From: Phycisphaera mikurensis NBRC 102666
GTDB lineage: Bacteria; Planctomycetota; Phycisphaerae; Phycisphaerales; Phycisphaeraceae
NCBI RefSeq assembly: GCF_000284115.1
Contig: NC_017080.1
Coordinates: forward strand, 2,160,001-2,192,000
DNA length: 32,000 nucleotides
Direction: 5' to 3'
Below, one piece after another: positions 26,049 to 32,000 of the stretch (its first letter is position 1; every line of letters starts with the position of its first letter). The position numbers and the translations under genes are program-made. The notes beneath the pieces were generated by a model. It was given only the letters and a program-made list of their open reading frames with translations, was not told the DNA's origin and ran no database searches.

Positions 26049-26161
26049 AGGGCCGGACCGCCACGCGGTCCGGAACTCCGGCGCAGCCTGAGGTGTCTCG
26101 CCGACTCCCGAGACCCCGCCTGCTGGCGCAGGCGTTCCGGGCTGTGTGGCATCCCGACCCT
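26049..26161 (+). repeat. REPIN-like quasi-palindrome, family R2 copy 2
   Basis: About 91% identical to 25366-25477 in the same orientation. The first hairpin is identical. The last hairpin is degraded (CCGGGCTGT-gtg-GCATCCCGA). Confidence 0.85.
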
Positions 26162-26170
26162 GCTCGGCCT

Positions 26171-26446
26171 TCAGTCCGACCCCTCCCCCGCCCGGTGTTC
26201 GAACTTCGGGATGTCATCCGCCGGCATCTCGTCGGCTCTCGCCTCCGCCGGCGGCTCCTCCACGGGGGCGATCGAAGCGAGCGGGACCCCGCGGGTGGCG
26301 TCCTCCATCTCAAGCGTGAGGAAGAGGCCGTCGGAGGCGATTGCCCGCCCGTCCATGAAGCCGAGCCTGGCCGCGGGCGTGCCGCGGATCGAGACGTCTT
26401 CGGCCCGGCGGAACCCCACGCGGACGCTGCGGTCGAGGGAGGGCAT
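26171..26446 (-). CDS. Small hypothetical protein (start unresolved)
   Basis: High GC3 continues in this frame from about 26584 to stop 26171. The first ATG (26446) gives 91 aa. The upstream in-frame stretch WKKSFLPACLLVAAAAAALPVHLGDGREAQA looks like a signal peptide but has no ATG, GTG or TTG. Confidence 0.35.
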   Translation of the reverse strand: MPSLDRSVRVGFRRAEDVSIRGTPAARLGFMDGRAIASDGLFLTLEMEDATRGVPLASIAPVEEPPAEARADEMPADDIPKFEHRAGEGSD

Positions 26447-26758
26447 CGCCGCAGGATCCGGGTTCGCGGCCGTCGGCGCCGCGGGCGTCGCGGCTTGAGC
26501 TTCGCGGCCATCGCCGAGATGGACGGGCAGCGCGGCCGCGGCGGCGGCGACGAGCAGGCATGCGGGCAGGAACGACTTCTTCCACGACGAGCTTCCCGGG
26601 CGGCAACAGGGGCAGACGGTGCCCGGTGGTGGCGCGATGCGGAGGATCCAGCGATCGCTCGGGCGAGCCGGACCGGCATCCTGGACCGCGGCCGGATCGG
26701 GTGGGCGCCGGCAGGCCCGTATCCTCGCGTGCAGCGACCGCACCCCGCGCAGCCCGCC

Positions 26759-27943
26759 ATGACGCTCTCCTCCCAATCCGCCCGCAGCTCCCGCCCCGGC
26801 CCCTCCCGCCGCGGGAAGAAGGGCCCGCCGTGGCGGGCGATCCTCGTGCTCGGCCTGCTGCTCGCGGGCGTCTGGTTCCTCTTCCTGCGGGACGCCGACG
26901 GCGTGGACGCGCCGCCGGTGGCGGACGCCGGCGTTGCGGCCGGCGTGGACACCGCCCCGGACGCCGCCGCGCCCGAGGAAGCCGCCGGCGGCGGCGGCAC
27001 CCCGCCGGCGGCCACGCCCCGGGACACGGCCGCGACCGTGCTGAGCCGCCCGGCGATCGTCGATCGGCTCAAGGAAGGCGGCGCGGCCGCGTCGGCCTCC
27101 GGAGCCGACGCCGCGCCCGCGGAGGCCGCCCCGCCGCCGCCGCCCGTCCGCCGCGCCACGCCCACCGCCCGCTCGGCCGCCACCGGCAACCTCGCCGACG
27201 GCCTCGCGCTCCTCGACGCGGGCGACCTCATCAAGGGGCGCAACCTGCTCTCCTCGCTCCTGCTCGAGGGCGACGAGCCGCTGCCCGCCCCCGACGCCGA
27301 CCTCGTCCGCAACAAGCTCACCGAGCTCAACAGCCGGCTGGTCTTCAGCCCCGAGCCGGTCCCCAACGACAATGTGACGACCGCCTACGAGGTGCAGCCC
27401 GGCGACCTGCTCGGCTCCATCGCCATCCGCGCGAAGGTGCCCTACGCCCTGCTGGAGCTCATCAACCAGACCAAAGCCCCGCGGATCCAGGTCGGACAGA
27501 CGCTCAAGCTGCTGCGTGGCCCCGTGCACGCCCGCGTCAGCAAGACCGACTTCACGATGGACCTCTACGCCTTCGGGGACGACGGCGCACCTGTGTTCCT
27601 CTGCGCTCTCCCGGTCGGCCTGGGCGCCAACGACGGCACGCCGCTGGGCCGCTGGCGGGTCGGCACCTCCAAGGTGACCAACCCCAGCTGGAAGAACCCG
27701 CGGACCGGCCAGTACTATGCCGCGACCGACCCGGACATCCCGATCGGCGAGTACTGGATCCCGATCGTCGGCATCGACGGCGACGCGGTCGACCGCAAGG
27801 GCTTCGGCATCCACGGCACCAACGAGCCCGACTCGATCGGCAGCATGCAGTCGATGGGCTGCGTCCGCCTGCTCGACGGCGACATCGAGCTCGTCTACGC
27901 GATGCTCGAGCCGCGCGACTCCGAGGTCCTCATCGTCCCCTGA
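26759..27943 (+). CDS. LysM-domain L,D-transpeptidase (YkuD family), membrane-anchored
   Basis: Start at ATG 26759; the track ORF's first 276 codons are spurious. TM segment WRAILVLGLLLAGVWFLFL, Ala/Pro-rich linker, LysM (YEVQPGDLLGSIA...VGQTLKL), YkuD catalytic motif GIHGT...SMGCVRL. Confidence 0.85.
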   Translation: MTLSSQSARSSRPGPSRRGKKGPPWRAILVLGLLLAGVWFLFLRDADGVDAPPVADAGVAAGVDTAPDAAAPEEAAGGGGTPPAATPRDTAATVLSRPAIVDRLKEGGAAASASGADAAPAEAAPPPPPVRRATPTARSAATGNLADGLALLDAGDLIKGRNLLSSLLLEGDEPLPAPDADLVRNKLTELNSRLVFSPEPVPNDNVTTAYEVQPGDLLGSIAIRAKVPYALLELINQTKAPRIQVGQTLKLLRGPVHARVSKTDFTMDLYAFGDDGAPVFLCALPVGLGANDGTPLGRWRVGTSKVTNPSWKNPRTGQYYAATDPDIPIGEYWIPIVGIDGDAVDRKGFGIHGTNEPDSIGSMQSMGCVRLLDGDIELVYAMLEPRDSEVLIVP

Positions 27944-28124
27944 CCGCCCGCGCGAGCCCCGGCGAGCGCAACGCCGCCGTGGGGCAGGTCGGCGACCTTC
28001 CCATGGACCCGGAGGGTCCAACCCTCGCGCGGAGCGTGCACCCGCCCGGGCCGCGGGCTCGGGTCTCTCCCCGGCGGTGGCTCGGGTCTAGCGTCAGAGC
28101 ATCGCCGGCAACCGCGTCATCTGC

Positions 28125-30350
28125 GTGTCGAATCGGCTGCCCTTCAGCCTCGCGGCGGACGGCGCGGCGTGCCGATCGGTCGGCGGCTTGGCGTCGGCGC
28201 TCGGAGGCGTCGGGGAGCTATTCGGCCTCGTTTGGATCGGCTGGTCGGGGGCCGCACCGAGCCACCGGACGGACGCGGTGGACGCGGCCGAACGGCAGGC
28301 GGTGGCGAACGCCGCGCAAACGCTCGGCTGCGACTGCCGATCGGTCCCGATGAACCAGGGCGAGGCGGACGGCTTCTACCGCGGCCTCGCGAACGCGTCC
28401 CTGTGGCCGCTGCTGCACGACGATCTGGCGCACTTCCGGTACCGCCCGGACTGGTGGGACGCGTACGCCGCCGTCAACGAGCGCTTCGCGGAGGCGGTCG
28501 CCGGCGCGGCGTCGCCGGGCGAGCGGGTCTGGATCCACGACTACCACCTGATGCTGCTGCCGGGGTTGCTTCGGCGGCGGCGGCCGGACCTGCGGATCGG
28601 CTTCTTCCTGCACACGCCGTTCCCCTCGGCGGACGCCTTCCGCCGGCACCCGCGGCGGGAGGAGCTGCTGGCGGGGGTGCTCGGCGCCGGCCTGATCGGC
28701 TTCCAGACCCGTCGCCACCTGGAACACTTCGAGGAGGCCGCGCAGCGGATCGGCGGGCACGCTTGCGGGGCGGGCGGGATCCGCCACCGGCGGGGGAGGA
28801 CCCGGACCGGCGTCTTCCCGATCGGGATCGACGCGTCTCGCTTCGAGCGTGGCCTCGCCGACCCGGCCACCGCCGCTTACGCCGAGCGGCTCGCCGCCGC
28901 CCGCGGCGGCCGAAGGCTCGTGCTCAGCGTGGAGCGGCTGGACCCCACCAAGGGCATCCCGCAGAAGCTCGACGCGATCGAGGCGTTCCTGGAGCTTCAC
29001 CCCGGGCAGAAGGAGGAAGTGGAGTTCCTGCTGATCGCGGTGCCCAGCCGCGAAGACGCGCCGGCGTACCGGCGGCTGCGGGAGGAGGTCGAGGGGCGGG
29101 TCGGCCGCATCAACGGGAAGCACGGGGCACCGGATCGCGTGCCGGTCCGCTTGATCTGCCGAGGCGTCGGCTTCCACGAGCTCTGCGCTCTGTACCGCTC
29201 GGCGGACGCGTGCCTGGTCACGCCGCTCGCCGACGGCATGAACCTGGTGGCGAAGGAGTACCTGGCGTGCCAGCCCGAAGGCGGCGGCGGCGTGCTCGTG
29301 CTCAGCGAGTTCGCCGGGGCGGCCGACGAGCTCCGTGGAGCGCTGCGGGTGAATCCCCACGACACCCTCGCCGTCGCCGGCGCGATCGCGGAAGCGTTGA
29401 CGCGGCCCGAGGACGCGCGGCGGGCGGCCCTCGCACCCATGCGCGAGCACGTCCGGACGCACCACGCCGGCGGGTGGGCGACCCGCTTCCTCGCGGCACT
29501 CGACGCCGCCGCGGCGTGCTCGCGGCCGCAACCCCGCCCGACCCGCACGCTGCGCGAAGCCGACCTGGCGGCCTTCGCCGCCTCCGCGGCCGGCCGCAAG
29601 GCGTTGTTCCTGGATTACGACGGAACGCTGCGGGGCTTCGTGGACGACCCGGAGCGCGCCACGCCCCAGCCGCCGCTGCGCCGGGTGCTGAGGGCGCTGA
29701 GCGAACGCGACGACCTCGACGTCTTCATCGTCAGCGGGCGCAAGCTGGACTTCCTGCGGCGGCACCTCGGCGGGTACGGCTTCACGCTCGTGGGCGAGCA
29801 CGGCCACGCCTGGTGCAAGCCGGGCGAAGAGCCGGAGGCGCTGGACGACGCGGCCGGGCCGGCGTGGCGGCCCGTCGTCACCGCGACGATGAAGCGCTTC
29901 GCCGAGGCCACGCCCGGCAGCCACGTCGAGGAGAAGGCCGCCGGCGTCGTGTGGCACCACCGGCGGGCGGACCGCGAGCTCGGCCGACGCCGGGCGCTGG
30001 AGCTGGCGGAGCAGCTCGTCGCGGACACCGCCGGCTCGGCGGCGCGGGTGACGCAAGGGAAGCGGATCGTGGAGGTCACGGACCAGCGGGCGGACAAGGG
30101 CGACGCGGTGGACCGCTTCCTCGGCGAAGCGTCGGCGGCGGGCACGCCCTACGCGGCGGTGCTCTGCATCGGCGACGACCGGACGGACGAGGCGATGTTC
30201 CGCGGCCGCCGCGGCGACCCCGCGGCGGTCACCGTCCGCGTCGGGCCGGGGGAGACCGCCGCGGCATTCCGCGTGGCCGGCACCGATCGCGTGCTCGCGC
30301 TGCTGTGCGCCATCGCGGCGGAGCCGGACCGAGCCCTCGCCGGGGTCTAG
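28125..30350 (+). CDS. otsA: Bifunctional trehalose-6-phosphate synthase / trehalose-6-phosphate phosphatase (OtsA-OtsB fusion)
   Basis: GT20 motifs: WIGWSG, LWPLLHD, VWIHDYHLMLLP, GFFLHTPFPS, LSVERLDPTKGI, DGMNLVAKEY. C-terminal HAD motifs: LFLDYDGTL, VSGR, KG, GDDRTDEAMF. The first canonical start is GTG 28125, but the conserved N-terminal strand extends upstream to in-frame ATC 28101. Confidence 0.85.
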   Translation: MSNRLPFSLAADGAACRSVGGLASALGGVGELFGLVWIGWSGAAPSHRTDAVDAAERQAVANAAQTLGCDCRSVPMNQGEADGFYRGLANASLWPLLHDDLAHFRYRPDWWDAYAAVNERFAEAVAGAASPGERVWIHDYHLMLLPGLLRRRRPDLRIGFFLHTPFPSADAFRRHPRREELLAGVLGAGLIGFQTRRHLEHFEEAAQRIGGHACGAGGIRHRRGRTRTGVFPIGIDASRFERGLADPATAAYAERLAAARGGRRLVLSVERLDPTKGIPQKLDAIEAFLELHPGQKEEVEFLLIAVPSREDAPAYRRLREEVEGRVGRINGKHGAPDRVPVRLICRGVGFHELCALYRSADACLVTPLADGMNLVAKEYLACQPEGGGGVLVLSEFAGAADELRGALRVNPHDTLAVAGAIAEALTRPEDARRAALAPMREHVRTHHAGGWATRFLAALDAAAACSRPQPRPTRTLREADLAAFAASAAGRKALFLDYDGTLRGFVDDPERATPQPPLRRVLRALSERDDLDVFIVSGRKLDFLRRHLGGYGFTLVGEHGHAWCKPGEEPEALDDAAGPAWRPVVTATMKRFAEATPGSHVEEKAAGVVWHHRRADRELGRRRALELAEQLVADTAGSAARVTQGKRIVEVTDQRADKGDAVDRFLGEASAAGTPYAAVLCIGDDRTDEAMFRGRRGDPAAVTVRVGPGETAAAFRVAGTDRVLALLCAIAAEPDRALAGV

Positions 30351-30436
30351 CGTTGCTCGCCGCCGACCGCCTCCGGCCCGCTCGCCCGGGCGCTCGCGGA
30401 GGAGAAGGCACCCGAGGTTCCGGATCGATCGGCTCC

Positions 30437-31516
30437 ATGACCGTCTCGCACCCGCCACGCCCGCCACGCCCCGCCGAGCCGCGGACCCTGCTGAGCGCGC
30501 TGCTCCGCGGAGGCCCGGCGGCGGGCCGCGGTGCCGTCGAGGCGGCGACGCTGCACGGCTCTTTCGCCGGGGTGGCCGCGGTTGTCGCCCTGCCGCTGCG
30601 GAACGAGGCGGAGCTGATCGGCCCGATGCTCGCGGCGCTCGAGGCGTCGATCGGCCGCACCGATCTGGCCTGCGGCCTCGTCGCCGTCGCGAACGACACC
30701 GCCGACGAATCGCCGGGCGTGATCCGCGGCTGGGCGGAGCGGACGGGCCACGCCGCGGCCGTCTGCGAGGTGCGCCTCGATCCGGAGGTCCGCGGCGCCC
30801 CGCACGCGCGGCGCCTGGCGATGGACCTCGCCGCTCGCCTGGCGCCGGACGCGCTTCTCCTGACGACCGACGCCGACTGCCGCGTCGGCGCGGACTGGAT
30901 CTCCGGGAACGCCACGTGGCTGGCCGACGGCGCGGTGCTCGTGTGCGGCGCCGTCGACACGGACGAAGCGGAGATCGCGGCCCTGCCCGGCCTCGTCGAG
31001 GCGTGCGGCGTCGCCGAAAGCCGCTTGTACCGGCTGCTCGAGGCGCGGTGGCGCGAGCTCGTGCCCGACGGCTCGCGGCGCTTCGTCCAGCGGGCGATGG
31101 GGGCCAGCATCGCCCTGCGGGCGAGCGACTACCTGGAGCTCGGCGGGTTGCCGACCCCGCGCTCGAGCGAGGACCGCGCCCTCGCCACCGAGGTCCGGCT
31201 GCGGGGCCGGCGCATCGAGACGCCCGAGGACGTGCGCGTCGTCGCGTCCTGCCGCCTCCTCGGGCGGGCCGAGGGCGGCATGGCGGGGGCGCTGCTCGAC
31301 CGCACCCGCTCGCCGGATCCGGAGTGCGACGAGGCTCTCGTTCCCTGGCCGGTGCTCGAGGCCCGCGCCGCCGCCTGGCGGGAGATCCACGCCAGCGGCG
31401 TCGCCGACCCGCACGGCGTGTTCGAGCGGGCCTGCGACGTGCGGCCGGGCCTGGTGGCGGAGCGGATGCGGCTGAGCGCGGTCCGCGCGGCGCTGGAAGC
31501 GGTGGACGCGGGTTGA
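30437..31516 (+). CDS. Glycosyltransferase family 2-like (GT-A fold)
   Basis: 359 aa from ATG 30437 in the frame of track ORF 28169-31516. VVALPLRNEAELIGPMLAAL, VAVANDTADES, LLLTTDADCRV (DxD-type) are typical of GT2. High GC3. Confidence 0.65.
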   Translation: MTVSHPPRPPRPAEPRTLLSALLRGGPAAGRGAVEAATLHGSFAGVAAVVALPLRNEAELIGPMLAALEASIGRTDLACGLVAVANDTADESPGVIRGWAERTGHAAAVCEVRLDPEVRGAPHARRLAMDLAARLAPDALLLTTDADCRVGADWISGNATWLADGAVLVCGAVDTDEAEIAALPGLVEACGVAESRLYRLLEARWRELVPDGSRRFVQRAMGASIALRASDYLELGGLPTPRSSEDRALATEVRLRGRRIETPEDVRVVASCRLLGRAEGGMAGALLDRTRSPDPECDEALVPWPVLEARAAAWREIHASGVADPHGVFERACDVRPGLVAERMRLSAVRAALEAVDAG

Positions 31517-32000
31517 TGGCGCCTCCCCCCGCACCCGCCGCCGCCCCTTGCCCCGCCACCGAGCGGGGGAAGCGAGCCGATCCGGAGGACCGGTCGCTGC
31601 TGGCCGCGATCGACGGCCGCGCGGCCGCCGCCGACCGCGGCGAGGCCGATCTTTCCCGCGAGGTCGCCGCGCTGCGGCGGGCCGGCTGGCTCGCCGCCCC
31701 GCTGCCCGCCGCGGACGGTGGCCTGGGGTGGGGCACCGAGCCCGCCGGCACCCCGGGCTGCTTCACCGCGTTGCGGCAGCTCGGCCGCGTCTCCCTGCCG
31801 GTCGCCCGGATCTTCGAGGGCCACGTCAACGCGGTCGCTCTGGTCGCGCTCTACGGAGCCGACACGCTCCGCGGCAACGCCTTCGACGCGATCCGCGGCG
31901 GCGGCTGCTTCGGCGTCTGGGGGGCGGACGCCCCGGGCGACGCCGTCACGCTGCGGGGCGAGGGAGAAGCCCTCCGGCTCGCGGGAGCGAAGGACTACGC
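31516..32000 (+). CDS. Acyl-CoA dehydrogenase-family protein, N-terminal part (runs off the window)
   Basis: The ORF is open from ATG 31516 (TGATG overlap with the GT2 stop) to the window end, and is not in the track because it has no stop. High GC3. LRRAGWLAAPLP...GG.G......ALRQLGRVSLPVARIFEGHVNAV...FGVWGAD resembles the ACAD N-terminal and middle region. Confidence 0.55.
   Translation, partial: MAPPPAPAAAPCPATERGKRADPEDRSLLAAIDGRAAAADRGEADLSREVAALRRAGWLAAPLPAADGGLGWGTEPAGTPGCFTALRQLGRVSLPVARIFEGHVNAVALVALYGADTLRGNAFDAIRGGGCFGVWGADAPGDAVTLRGEGEALRLAGAKDY

Larger units (their letters stand above)
25366..26161. mobile_element. REPIN - RAYT-like gene - REPIN unit
   Basis: Two direct 113-bp copies (25366-25477 and 26049-26161; 10 mismatches) bracket a single HUH/Y1-like ORF. 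GC and GC3 are visibly lower than in flanking genes. Confidence 0.6.

Noticed and set aside
25931-26758. N-terminal 276 codons of track ORF 25931-27943 as part of the L,D-transpeptidase
   Set aside because: It runs through the RAYT gene's antisense strand, the REPIN copy and the small minus-strand ORF. The composition is Arg-rich junk. ATG 26759 is followed by a normal basic N-terminus and TM anchor.

Overview
This is a very high-GC (roughly 70% or more by eye), gene-dense bacterial chromosomal window that is mostly housekeeping. The six-frame track is dominated by spurious Arg/Pro/Gly-rich antisense ORFs. Calls therefore rest on recognisable family motifs, third-position GC and start-site context, not ORF length.

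I call 30 CDSs:
- Secreted, envelope and transport: a PEP-CTERM-tagged peptidoglycan amidase, a two-domain ABC permease, a Tat-secreted PhoX/DUF839-like protein, a DUF192 protein, a TolC-like lipoprotein, a scramblase/LURP-like protein, a LysM-L,D-transpeptidase and a prepilin peptidase.
- Housekeeping: purN, gluQ, upp, rpsR, trpS, leuC-like, smpB, miaB, xseB, proA and rarA.
- Signalling and sulfur: a SpoIIE/PP2C phosphatase, cdaA and a rhodanese.
- A possible sugar-modification cluster: a fused OtsA-OtsB, a GT2 glycosyltransferase and a partial acyl-CoA dehydrogenase.
- Several hypothetical proteins.

There is also one tRNA and several intergenic repeat loci. No complete defence or secretion system is evident.

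Observations most worth a second look:
1. A 166-aa HUH/Y1 (RAYT-like) transposase gene with atypical codon usage sits between two 113-bp, about 91% identical REPIN-like quasi-palindromes (25366-26161). A related REP-like family has copies at 776-893 and 15955-16012.
2. Purine-rich arrays with an 8-bp period, (CGAAGAAG)n, begin 0-8 nt after the stop codons of three genes. Two of them form long purine/pyrimidine inverted repeats.
3. An 83-nt tRNA has a class II (tRNA-Tyr-like, long variable arm) body but a GCA (Cys) anticodon and U73.
4. TAnnnT hexamers lie 6-9 nt upstream of about a dozen start codons with no Shine-Dalgarno, implying widespread leaderless transcripts.
5. The conserved OtsA N-terminus has no canonical start codon. 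An in-frame ATC sits exactly where a leaderless start is expected.

All homology statements come from motif recognition by eye, not from searches.
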